Shown piece after piece: positions 1 to 24,982 of a stretch of 64,000 nucleotides of DNA. Positions within the stretch are counted from its first letter, which is position 1. Every line of letters starts with the position of its first letter. Source of the DNA: Trichoplax adhaerens (taxonomy: Eukaryota; Animalia; Placozoa); assembly GCF_000150275.1 (NCBI RefSeq), contig NW_002060944.1:3510152-3574151 (forward strand), given 5' to 3'. The position numbers were made by a program, and so were the translations under genes. The notes below the pieces were generated by a model. That model was given only the letters and a program-made list of their open reading frames with translations, was not told where the DNA came from and made no database searches.

Positions 1-289
1 GAGGTGCTGCAAGAGCCATGATTACAACCGACGCAATGGCAAGAGTTGGAACGAAGCCATAAGTTGTTTGTGTGCCAAACCATACATACAGCAAGTAGGA
101 CGCGACGACATTACTTGTAAACGAGATGAGATAAGGTAAGACAGAGTTATCATTTTCCATTTTACGATTCGGAATCTTGTAAACGCGTGTATACCAAGCT
201 TGACCAAACAGTATACCGTACCATAAAGCGCCAAGAATATGAGCTGGTATAGCAACTGCAACAATGAGACCAATTTCAACTAGATTCAT
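1..289 (-). CDS. DUF1761-like small integral membrane protein (3' end outside window)
   Basis: Hand translation from ATG at 289: MNLVEIGLIVAVAIPAHILGALWYGILFGQAWYTRVYKIPNRKMENDNSVLPYLISFTSNVVASYLLYVWFGTQTTYGFVPTLAIASVVIMALAAP..., open to the edge with no intron. LGALWYxxLFGxAW after an N-terminal hydrophobic helix is the DUF1761 signature. This frame differs from the ORF-track 22..279 entry. Confidence 0.75.
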   Translation of the reverse strand, partial: MNLVEIGLIVAVAIPAHILGALWYGILFGQAWYTRVYKIPNRKMENDNSVLPYLISFTSNVVASYLLYVWFGTQTTYGFVPTLAIASVVIMALAAP

Positions 290-439
290 TGTGATACGTC
301 TGGAGAAAACGGAAAGCAACAAGACAAAAAAGTAGATGCAAATGCTTCAAAACTTTGCCAAGCTCAGGTGGAACTTTTCGACGAGCAGATTTTTTAGCAG
401 CACTTAAAGTGGACAACGCGATCACGGTTGGCATTTATA

Positions 440-600
440 CTGTACTGTACCCGCCTCAGGAGATCACGGCCTCTACAATGCAAACCTTATAGTACTCTGT
501 AGTCTGTACTGTAGCGTACTGAATTTTCTAGCTTAAGCGCAGTACAGTACAGTACAGTACAGTACATTCTGTAAACACACTACAGTACGCAGTACTGTAG
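440..600. promoter_or_regulatory. (CAGTA)n/TACTG pentamer cluster upstream of the DUF1761-like gene
   Basis: cagtacagtacagtacagtacagtac at about 540-565 plus scattered actgtac/tacagtac, 150-310 bp upstream of the ATG. Regulatory role is inferred. Confidence 0.5.
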
Positions 601-1019
601 ACCATAAACATGAATATGGATGAAGCTGAGCTCGATGTGTCTGGACACGCAACTTTCAAAACATAAAGTTTGAAGTTTTTATTGACTGTTAATTAATTGA
701 ATTAAAGGCCCCGACACCACAATTAGTAACATGATTCTTCCCATATTATTTTGAAAACTCAGTATGTACTTACAAGGCAACGTGTTCTACAGTTGGCAAA
801 TTACTTAGTATAGATACTGCACGCATCAAAAAATGCGTTATGTCATCGTTGTAAAAAGGTCGTCGGGTAGTCGCCTATCAGTGGGCAGTATGGTAGTTGA
901 GGAATGCTTTAGTTATGAACAGTTTTGACAACATCATGGTCCGACTGTCATTGATTCAATTAACAAATTTTGTTGCAGAATGCATATGCATAAATGAAGA
1001 TTTCGTTTTATACGGTATA

Positions 1020-1900
1020 TATCCAAGTAGCCTATAATATAAACGCATGAGTCGTACAGTCTCATTCAATCGATGCAATATTGGCATAGGTTCAATGACT
1101 GCTGCAATGTAATTACATCCATTAGGTCGGTCAGAAATTTCTGTAGATAGTGTATATCATTATTATTATTATTATTATTATTATGAGATCCTGAGCCTAA
1201 GGGTCTCTAGCGCGCATGCTGCATATACGTGTACACAAAATGAAAATTTCAATCGATATACAGCCTGTGATATAAACTCGTGACTCGTTAGATACGGTAA
1301 GGTAGTAACCAACAAGTCTCAATCAATCGATTCATTGTATATTGGCATAGATTCTAATAACTATTACTACTGCACTTACATCCATTAGATTAATGGAATT
1401 TCTGTAAAATAGTACATACAAGCGTGTATGCTGTACTAATGAAAATTGTATTCTATACAGTATACATACGATATACATGCATGTATAAGTAGTCTTTAAT
1501 AGAGTAAACTCGTGAGTTGTTGGATACAGCAATATCTAACAAGTCTCTATCAATCATTGGCATAGATTTAAACATCGCTGCATTACACTTAAGGCATACC
1601 GTACAAAGTAAATGGATCTACAAGTAGCCTTTAATATAAACTCGTAGTCGTTGAATACCGTAATAACTGAAAAATTTTAATCAATCAATTATTGGCATAG
1701 ATTCAATTATGCTGCTGACTGTACTTACATGCATTAGCTTCTGTAAATAGGGTATATGTAATATGCAATAATAAAGATTTCGCTTTATAGGATATATACG
1801 CATCCTCTGGTACCTGCATGCTACTATAACCTTTAATTTAACAAATTACCAATTAATCATTCCTTGACATAGATTTAAGTAGTTCTGCTGTACTTATATC
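1020..1900. repeat. Degenerate tandem repeat, about 5 units of 130-260 bp
   Basis: Recurring blocks ttggcatagatt (near 1081, 1342, 1558, 1692, 1864), tataaactcgtga and tttctgtaaatag. An (ATT)n microsatellite lies at about 1159-1184. Confidence 0.7.
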
Positions 1901-2726
1901 ATGTTATTATCCTTTTTATTGTTCTTTTGTAGACTATCAATGTGGTGAAAGATAACCTGGACAATTCATAGTACTTTTTGCAATAGTATAATCATTATCA
2001 TAGAAAAATAGATCGTTTCGTTGATTACATTAATATAAAATGATGATTTCAAGTTTAAACTTACAGTAATTAGAAAATAAAGAAAGATAATAATGCCACT
2101 CAATATCAATACTATACTCGTGTTCTCGTCCATTAGCGGCAATATGTAGGCGACTGATTATAAAGCAAGTCAAACGAAAGTAGAACTATACTTTAGTGTA
2201 TACTAAAGTTATAATAGAAATGATATTACGTGATAAAATTGATGATTATAATGGTAGGAGTGATAGCTTGATTCATTGTGAATGTAACCGTTTAGTCCCA
2301 CAAGAAAATGAATCAAAAGTCGAAAAATGAATATCGATGTCACAGTATACACTCTCAAGTCGTAAGATCTTCAATGACCTATTATCAATCTATTCCATAC
2401 ATCAAAATAAACAATCCAGTAAACCATTACATCATATTACAGATTATGCACTATCACGGCAATTAAATAGCTGTACAAATTCATATATAGGAAAAGACCC
2501 TACGAACATAGACTAGACTTTTATCCAGTGATTAATTTTAGATTTTAACTAGAGTCTTTTCAGTTTCTAATAATATTTTAAGTGTAAAAATAGATTGCTT
2601 TTCCATATATACTGTCATAATATACAGGAACATCACGACCTTAATGATCTCATAATCGTATACGTCCTTGAATCAATACAGTATTTTCTGCTATTGGATT
2701 AATACAGTACACAAAAATCATATTTC

Positions 2727-9888
<7,162 letters not shown>

Positions 9889-10595
9889 GGTTTATTTTCA
9901 TTCGCTATAACCAAGAACGCCAATAAATGAATAACTGAATATGAAATATAAAATTTTGATAGAAGTTTCTTTCTTTCGCTAAGAGGTAATAGCATAAACG
10001 TGATAAATTAAGCGCAACTACGCCTATAACTCAAAACAGTATATTTTATCGTCGGTAGTCGCTATCCAGAAACATTTTTTCCATAGGACACGATGACTCT
10101 AGTTGATAGATGAGTTAAGATGTATAAGGAAATGATCCAATTTTTCAACTATTGCAGTGATGATAACTTCAATCGTAAAGTGTCTATTTAAAATCGTTGA
10201 ATGTGAGTTGGAAAGTTAAAAAGAAATGGGGGGAAATTAGCGATTAATGTCGTGATTGAGTGCAACAAAAACTAATTCTATCGTATGTGTAGACAAATTA
10301 GCTAGCAAGAGTCGATCTACTTAATAGAGTTGTCTATATTAACTGGGAAAGTAATAGTATCGCTATGCGACTAATTACTAATGTAGTAAATGACATAAGC
10401 GTATTGTTTTAGCTCTAATTTAGCCTGGAATTTCTATCAAACAGTCGATAGTTGCGTTAGTGTCTATAGAAGACTCGATGTGATAATATTGTGCGGATTA
10501 CAACTACTCAAACAGGCCAATTTCCTACAGCAATTGACTCGATCATTGGACATATTCTTCGTTAGAGAAAACTGTTTCCATGATGTATATACAAA

Positions 10596-10628
10596 ATTGC
10601 CTAGAGACGCAATTGTTGCTAGGGAAAT
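10596..10628. promoter_or_regulatory. Two imperfect RFX X-box-like motifs upstream of ANKEF1
   Basis: ATTGCCTAGAGAC (10596-10608; rc GTCTCTAGGCAAT) and GTTGCTAGGGAAAT (10615-10628). Both deviate from the canonical X-box at the terminal base (AAT for AAC). Confidence 0.35.
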
Positions 10629-11183
10629 ATAAACAACGAATAATGTTGAGGATGGCTGCGTGAACAATTGATCACGTGATTCGATGCAGAGCAAGGTGAA
10701 ATAAATATCGTATTTGCGGTACAGTACGCTATACAGTGACGCCGATTATACCATGCAAGCCATACAAAGCCTATGATAGATGTCTCCATCGCCTTCAATC
10801 CTAGGTTAGGCAGTATTCCAGCTCTATATATCACTAATAACGCATAGTTTCTAGAGACTTTGAAAGTCTATCAAGAAAATAGAAAATGCAACTATGCATA
10901 CATGTACATATCTCGTAAATGCTCCATCAGGGGAATTATACTGGTACAGTACAGTACAGTACGAACGGTCTACTAGTTAAATAGCTATAATTAATTAATT
11001 AATTAGTCATAAGTTATTGCATACTACTACATTATATTAGTACCCCAGTTGCGGTGTAGTGCGCTATACTATGACGCAAATTATGCCATGTAAATCATAC
11101 AAAGTCTATGAAGAATGGCTGGATCGCCTGCACCAACTTTCAGTTTTGCGAGGTGTACTTATGATTTGAACTATTATTTCAAA

Positions 11184-11284
11184 CGAGTAAATTACCAGTT
11201 CAAATGAACGGGAACATAATCTCCGTAAAGTAATACATTAAATGAAAATTTGCAGCTAGATTATCCTAATATATATGCTTCCTA
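11184..11284 (-). mobile_element. Helitron-like 3' terminal fragment, copy 1
   Basis: Its reverse complement aligns over about 100 bp with 62238-62338. It ends CCCGTTCA-TT-TGAACTGG-TAATTTA-CTCG|T. Confidence 0.55.
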
Positions 11285-11734
11285 GATAAGTGCGATATTC
11301 AATCAAGTTTATAGAAAAAATAATTTATATATTACCTATTGTATTTATGCGCGATTTATTTTTGAGCTGATTTTTAACTGGCGACATAGCTCGTAGCTGA
11401 TATTTGTTTATGGTTCTACTTTCAATTACGGTTTACATCGATTGGTTTTTTTTACAGAAAAGAGGCATTAAATTAAATTAAAAGTCGGATTTGAGCAAGA
11501 AGTTCTGTGCTTGATTTTTATTGCGATAGCACCACATTATAATTATGAACTTATTGAGATTATTTTTTAATTTTTTATATTAATTCAATATATACTCTAA
11601 GCTGTTATTTTGCCTAGGCAAAGACAATTATAATTCTGAGTCTATACAGTATTAATATATCCGAAATGGTGAATAAACGGATAATTATTCTTTAAATGCA
11701 CACTTTCATGCTTTATTGTCTATTTGTTTTTCAA

Positions 11735-17454
<5,720 letters not shown>

Positions 17455-18260
17455 CATCTTGAACCTTTTAGGAGTAACGGGTTTACCAACAACTGTACCG
17501 TTGAGTGACTACTGCGTATTAATGATATCCTTCTAAAAGGATAAATGAAATAGATCTTGTTATATTAATTTTATAACTATAACATGATTGCAGCATTATT
17601 CATTTAGGTTAGGACAAGCCGAAAGTCCGTGTTTACGGTATAGGGGTAATCGTAAGGATTGATAAAATTGAGTAACATTGAAGTTTTATAGATCTCAATA
17701 TGTATCATATCAGTGTTTAAAATGTAAGAATACGATTGTAGCTACTGACTGATTGAAAAAATTAGAAAAGTTGAATATTAAGTTATACGAATATGGTACC
17801 AAGTGAGGCTCTATCGAAATTCGACATACTTGAAGAACAAGAAATTATTGCAAAATATAAATTCATCACTCTACAGTATAGTAATACTATCTTACATGCT
17901 ATACTACTGTACATTTAAGTATATATGTTACCGTATTTCAACTTGAATTGATCTATCATATAGCGGGAAGAGGATTTTCTTAATGCCAATTGGCGGTTGT
18001 GTACATTTACAAATCTTCGACAACAACGTTATCGCTTATTTAGAGAGGAATATTACCGGTACTAAGTGGTATGGTATCAGTAAGTACTCTTTATACAGTA
18101 GATGGCTCGTTTGATGATCTCAGCCTAGTCCTAAATCATATATTCATATCCTACCTCACGGTAGCGATTCATTTGTACAGTATATTTAAATATCCTTTCC
18201 TATATCTATCCAGTGCTCTAGTATGCCCTAGGCCGTAAGGGTTAACTGGCCCGTGTCGCA

Positions 18261-18274
18261 GTTGTCATAGTAAC
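18261..18274. promoter_or_regulatory. RFX X-box (GTTGTCATAGTAAC) in the KIFAP3 promoter region
   Basis: 14-bp imperfect palindrome fitting GTHNYYATRRNAAC. It lies about 110 bp upstream of a putative KIFAP3 5'UTR splice donor (GT at 18154-18153, with candidate acceptor AG at 17534-17533). Confidence 0.7.
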
Positions 18275-18349
18275 ATTATTACCATCTCGTTTAGTCTCGG
18301 CCGTGGTACTGTGTTAGACCAATTGGGCCAGATGATACGCAACAAGCAC

Positions 18350-18720
18350 AGTCGCATTGTACAGTATACTTATACTATATAAAATGCCTATGGCATCAAA
18401 GCAAGTATAGAAATAGGAGACTTTAAATAGCTGAATGAGCTAGCTACTTGCTGCTTTCTCCGAATTTCTTGAATGTAGATTGGAAAACGACAACTTCTAC
18501 TCTACTGTATACTGAGTGTATAGGCGTGAAGAAAATCAAGATGATGCACAAAATCAGGCTAATACTCTATAGTACAGTATAGACAAGGCGCGCGATCGCG
18601 TACACAGTGGTACTACAGCGCGATCTTCAACTCCAGGTCCCCCAATTCGTACAGTATTTTTGTCACAGTACATAGTACTGTAAGGGACAGTGTGTGTACT
18701 GTAGTATTGTACTGTATACG
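18350..18720. promoter_or_regulatory. CAGTA/TACTG-rich, CpG-enriched bidirectional promoter region (KIFAP3/GOLGA1)
   Basis: Many tacagta/tactgta motifs and ggcgcgcgatcgcg between two divergent genes. Confidence 0.55.
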
Positions 18721-18810
18721 AGGGTCTACGCAATCTGTAGTTGGATTATTTGCGCAAGCGTAAATACAACAAACTCAATGGCTTTCATGGTGGACAGATT
18801 TTAGATCGAA

Positions 18811-21800
18811 ATGTTTGCAAAATTAAGGAAGCAACTCGCTGATGAAACAAGCGATGGATCTAAACCCAAGCCTACCAAAGTGAATACAATACCTGATAAT
18901 CAAGAAGCAACTAGTATAGATGATAATACTGGTAAAAAGAAGACGTCTATTGGCAATACGACGACTTCTCCTGCTATTAAAAGCTATTCCGCTAGCTCCA
19001 GTAGCACTTCTCCAAGCAAATTTTCTTTTCCTGATGTGAACAGGGAAACTGAAGCTAAGGTAATTTCTCCGATTTCTCCTTTTCATGATCGTAGATAGTA
19101 GTCTATTTCTTGATGATCGGTTTAAGCGTTTATTCTTTTCATACACTTATTTTTTCAACTGGTTTATGGACAGGAGGAAACAAATACAAGAGATGATAGA
19201 ACCCACGAATTAGAACGTCAACTTGAAAGTAATTATATTAATGATAATGAATGAAAACGTAATCTACGCCGATCGTCGTTAAAGTTGACTAAAGATTGAT
19301 CCATTTTTATAACGGTCTAGTTATGATACTTGCAGGAATGAAGTTATAGATATTGCTTTAGTCTGATAGTAGATATTAGATAGTTATTTTTGGACTACAG
19401 TCATAACTTACATAGTGAATAAATATCTTCCTAGACGTGTACTTATAACTCTATCCAAAGTGGGTAAATAGCGCATATGTTAAACATTTATACAAACGAT
19501 AACATTTACAATTCCGTATTGAACTAGTCTATTTTCCTTTATCGTTGTATTAGATTTGCGTAAAAGTTTTAAAGATCTGACAAAGACAAATGAATTACTC
19601 CAAAGTTCTTTATCTAAAAGACAAGATGGTAGCTACCTTTGTCTTCTACAAATATCCCTTCTGAAGTTGTATTTTGATTGTTATTATTATTATTTTAACA
19701 AGGTAATCTTATTTATCTTACTAGCTAATCATGAGCGTAGTCGAGATACTCATTCAACAAGTAAGACTAAAGCATCAGATGATTTGCAGGAGCAATCCAA
19801 CGACCTAGAGGTAACAGATATGAATGTAAATATTAATTCTTATTTACCAACGTTTACTGAGATAAACTGTAGCTGCCCTTACTTTTACATGTCGACGATT
19901 AAAGTCTTATTGCTAGTAATGATTGCTGTAAGATTATACATAATTTTGACAACAACGTAGCCTTACATAGTTGTGATAAAATACAGAATAAACTAATTAT
20001 GATGTGATTTTATAATAGGAAAAAAGTCATCCCATAGCTGAGTCACAGCTTTCACAAAGTTCTCGTGATGAATTAAAGAATATGAAACAACAAATAAGTT
20101 CTATGCAAGAAAAGTACAAAGAATTAGAGCACACTTATGATAAGGTTTATGCCTTTTATGTAAATAAGGCCAATTTAGTAATTGTCTTTTTGATCCTGTC
20201 ACTTAACCTTTTTAAATTAGGAGAAAAAGATCTCTAAGGATAAAACAACGAAACTGGAAAAACTAGAAGCTGAATTTGAGTCCTTTAAAGTTAAAGTAAT
20301 AAGATAGTTTTGGATTCAATCTTTGCAACAGGAATAGACTGTAATACTTATTATCGAAACTTATCGCATGCTTGTAGGAAGCAAGTAAAAAAGCAGAATT
20401 AAATGAGTTACAAAGTTGGCAACGCGAAGAAATTATGCAGTTGAAGCAAATGGTAAATTCCACAGTAGATACTTGAGCTCTCATCATTGCATTAAAAATA
20501 GTAATTTTTGTCGCCTCTACCATCACAGTTACTTAAATGTCAGGATAGTTTGTTAAAAGCAGAAAATGGACAGAAAGAAGCTACTGAGGTATATTAAAAT
20601 ATAATAAAGAACTATATCAATATTGGTAGCTAATTGTTGTTTATTATTTATAGCGCTTAGATAAAGTTACGGTGGAATGTGAAGCCAAGAAAAGTGAAAT
20701 AAAAGATCTTAGGGCTTGCATTGACGAAATAACTACGGATCGGTATGACGATATCGACTTAGCTCACTAATATTGCGTAAAATACGAACATATTTAAATT
20801 TTCGTTTTCTTGTTAACATTAGTGATGAATTTATAAGAAGAGAAAAAGAGACTAAGCGAAATTTGAAAGAAGGACAGAGTTTGTTGGATTCATATAAGCA
20901 GCAAGTAGAAAGTTTGAGTAAAGAAGTAAGAATGAAAGACTAGTATTGATATAAGAAGAATATGTTTTTTACTTTAAAGTACATATAATTGATTACTTGA
21001 TACGCCCGTAGGTATCATCTATTCGATCATCACATGCTAATGTAGAGGAAGTTGGCATGATTGAGAGAAAGAGATTGCAGCAAGAGGTAAATACTTCCAT
21101 ACGAAATTAAAGGAAATGCTGTTTAACATATTTGAGTTTATGTTATGCTTATCTGTAGATTGTGTCCAAAAATTCCAATATAATCGATTTAGAAGAGAAA
21201 GTGAAAGTTTTACAGCAAAGGTAATTGAGTCATTTCATTTAGATTACTGAAGGTCATGATACCAATCTTCAATAACTACGTGTATTATTAGACTAGAGAC
21301 CGCTCAACTACCTGATAATGACGAAAAGCTACAAGCTGTTGCGAAAGAAGTATGTATTACGTAGCATTAACATAATAATAATACGTGTACTGATATTAGA
21401 ATTGTATGTCTATATGTTATTACCTACTAATTACGAATTAATACTAGTATTGGTATTACTTAAATAACCTGTATCACGATTAATTCTCATAGAGAGATAT
21501 ATTAGAAAAACAGATAGAAGAGATAAAGCAAGATTTTTATCAAACAAATTCAAAATCTGATGAGCTGGTAAGCGATTAAATTTAGCCAGATTCTATGATG
21601 AAGTATTGCTTTGCCTCGTCATTAATTTGCGAAAAGTAGTCACTTGCCTGTATATTTTACTATGTTATAAAAGGTTAATAGCCTAACAGTTGCTCTGAAT
21701 CGAACTAAAGCCGAACTAATGCAATCAGAAACTTCTGCAACCAGCAGTATTGGTCGCTTAACGAAAGATGTATGTAGTGATTTGAATAGAATTCGATAAC

Positions 21801-24800
21801 TTGCACTCGAATGATCCCGGTTTATAATTCATAAATTAGATCGAAGAACAAAAATTAAATAGCCAAAAATTGCAAGAAGAAGCTGAATCTGAGATCTCTA
21901 GCTTAAAGGAGAAAGTAAGAAATTTCTCGTAATTGTAATTTGTGATTATGTGACTTTTTAATTAATGAAATAAAATTAATACATCTTTAAGGTTGAAACA
22001 TTACAGAACGACTTAAGAGCTAGAGAACAAGCACTTAGGGAAACCGATTCTTGCAATATCGAAAAAGTAAAAATTCACTGTATATCGTATTGTAATTTTT
22101 GTCATTTTATATTACAATGACGTAATCAGCTTTGCTAGATTTCGCAACTAGTAATTATATTATTACTTAACAACTTAGACCTCTGTATTAGAAGAAAAAC
22201 TTGCCGAGACTGAAATTAAATTTAGAAATCTTGACAAAGCATCAACTGAAAAGATTACTCGCTTGCAGCAACAGGTATTGTGTTCAATAAGAAATAACCT
22301 AATTATAAAAGCTCGGTTGTTAATAATACTAAATTATGGTAACTTTTCAGTTAAATGAAACCGAAACACTATTAAATAATGAAAGAATGATTGCAGAGCA
22401 GAACCTGGTTAGTGTGATTGCAGTCAATGAAATTTTTAAATTAATGCTTATTAATTAGTGTTCTATTTTAATATATTTAGGCTACTTGGAAATCATTTTG
22501 TGATGAAAAAGATATCGATATAGAAAATCAAAAACAACTTATTGAAGCTATTCAAAACGAAAGCACTTCGCTTCAGGTTAATAAATTTTGCGATTTTTCG
22601 CTTTATCAGATTCTCTTTAAACTGTCTATATGTCGAAACTATTTGGAGTCATAATGCTGTGGTTTGTAGATATTAAATATTTCCGTTTGTGATCAGTATC
22701 ATAAATATCCTTGATATCATGTACTCTTAGAATGAAAATTCAAACCTTAAACAAGAAGTTAGTCGACTTAAAGAAGTAATTGAAGAATCCAAAGACAAGG
22801 TTGGCATATCAATTGACAACATGGGCATCATGTATGCGTATATCAAACCTTACGGTTGTATCTAATTAAATAGATAAACGAGCTTGAAGAAGCTATGGCT
22901 AAGAAGTCGCAAAAAATTTCCATTTTAAAAAATGCCAACGATGCTAAGGTATTGGCCTTTACCGGTAGCAATCTCTTGTTTGCTTATATATTCTCTTCCT
23001 GAGTGCTATTAAGATTCAATCTATACGAAAGTTCTGCAGATAGTTGATGGACTAAAATCGAAATTCAAAACGTTAATATTATAATTCTTTACAGGAAAGT
23101 TTACGTGCTTCAGAAATAGAAACTCTGAAGACTAAAATTGCCGGTAAGCAATGGAATTATATTGATATGATACATTTTATGATGTACCAGCTGACGTTGC
23201 TTAAGGTGAACTACTGTACAGTATATGCTAACTTTTCATAATAGATTTAGACCGTAGTTTTCAAGAACAAACAGCGTGCATCAAAGAATTAGAGCTAAAG
23301 CTCGAAGAATTAACAGTTCGTATTATGATTAGCTTTTTATATTCAATATAACTTTATCTAGTTGTACTATTCATAGACATCAACATTTTATGCTGCATTC
23401 ACGATATAATTGATTACATTTTCATTACCATTAAGATTGAAAAAGAAGTACTTAGTAAGGGCAATGATGAAAGGTTGGTTATTCGTTTATAATCAAAAGT
23501 TTAAAAAAATTTTAAAATATACTGATGCAATCTTACTGGCTTACCGATAGGGAGAAGGCAATCGACTTGTTGCGAAAAGAGTTAGCTGAACGTGATCAGC
23601 AGTTAAACGAGAAACTACAGGTGCTATAACTGAATTTGATATAGTTATCTATTATGATAGCTTGAGAAAACGAACTAAAAGTTTACATTTCCGGTTGAAA
23701 ACTTCTAGGTAGTTGACGGCGATGCATCCGTGATACCTAACGTAAATGCTAGAAAAGAATTATCTCAAAAAGGTAGCGAAGTAATGGATTTAGCATATTT
23801 ACCCATTTCATTAATATTATATTGAACAATACCTAGATGGACTATCGGTTGCGATGTTGGCGGTTGAATCAAAGCCTTTTACTGATCAGTTTGATTCTGA
23901 AATGGAGAGTGGTTCCACTGTACAAGTTATATCTGTCGATTCGCTTAATCAAGAGAAGCAATCGTTACAAGATGTAAATGTTTTGCAAGTCTCTTACTTA
24001 ACGCTACTGAGGTTATTAGACTTAATATTGATATTTTTATAACACTCAGATGGAAGCCTTCGCGCAAGAAAACAGAGATTTACAAGAGCAACTGGATGAG
24101 CGTAATAAGGTATGCTAGTTACAGTGCTTTAACGCGACTATTATTGTTATAGTAACGCCAGTGATTAATCCGTACTTGGCTCTTATTCTTGCATACATGT
24201 CTACATTCGTCACATGATATAGACAATCAAAATGCAATCACAAAGATTAAATGATTTAAAAAAGGCGTTACAAAAGGCACTAGTGAGTATTTATAGTAGT
24301 TTATGAAAATATAGAAATAGTAGATAACATGTATACACAGTAATTGCACTTCTTAACTGTACTAAATTCTAGAAGCAACAAAAAGCGAATGCCAGCGTGA
24401 GTGCGAGCGCGAACGCGAACGCAAACGCGGAAGAGAATGACCCTTTTTCTCCGGATAGTAGAAATTTTAGTTCTGATAATTTAAGTCTTCATAATTACAG
24501 TGAAAATGCTTCATCTAAATTCAAGTCAGCGCCCAGTCTACTCGATAGTGGCTCTCAGCAAAATCTTGAAACAAATTTTGAGTACCTGAAAAATGTAGTT
24601 TATAAATTCATGTCCAGCTCAGATTCGGAGGTGAATTTACTATGTGCTCTGTTGGTTCCATTTTTCTCTCTTTAATTAATATGCAAAATTTAATTTTATT
24701 AAAGGCCCAACATCTTGTGAAGGTTATCGCGACATTACTAAAGTTTAACAAGACTGAAGTTACAACCGTTAAACGAATGATGGAATACAAGGTAACAGTA

Positions 24801-24982
24801 CTCAGATAATTGGCTTTGCTTTATGACTTAATGATTACGAATGCTTGAATTAAAATAAAAGCCCTTTTGCGATAACTGTAAAATGTTCTGCTTTAATTTA
24901 CTATGCTGTATAGATGTCGTGGTTTCGACCGAAACCTTCATCCTCTCTACATCAAGTTTCAATGAATTCATCCCGTATTTAG
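18811..24982 (+). CDS. GOLGA1: Golgin subfamily A member 1 (golgin-97), GRIP-domain coiled-coil protein, more than 20 small exons
   Basis: N-terminus MFAKLRKQLADE. Long heptad coiled coil across short GT-AG exons. C-terminal GRIP domain NFEYLKNVVYKFMSSSDSE|AQHLVKVIATLLKFNKTEVTTVKRMMEYK|MSWFRPKPSS...RI* (TAG 24980-24982). Confidence 0.92.

Noticed and set aside
22-279. ORF-track 85-aa minus-strand ORF
   Set aside because: Wrong frame. The overlapping frame from ATG 289 carries the DUF1761 motif.
18190-18200. Plus-strand ATATCCTTTCC U12-like donor (also ATATCCTT at 17525)
   Set aside because: No plus-strand exon or matching branch site plus AC acceptor was found, so it is probably chance in AT-rich DNA.
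18823-19146. Antisense ORFs over real exons (also 3865-4077, 4248-4568, 20263-20526, 28627-28878, 49185-49568, 53550-53813, 54486-54785, 60950-61156)
   Set aside because: Shadow frames of established coding exons with no recognisable domains.
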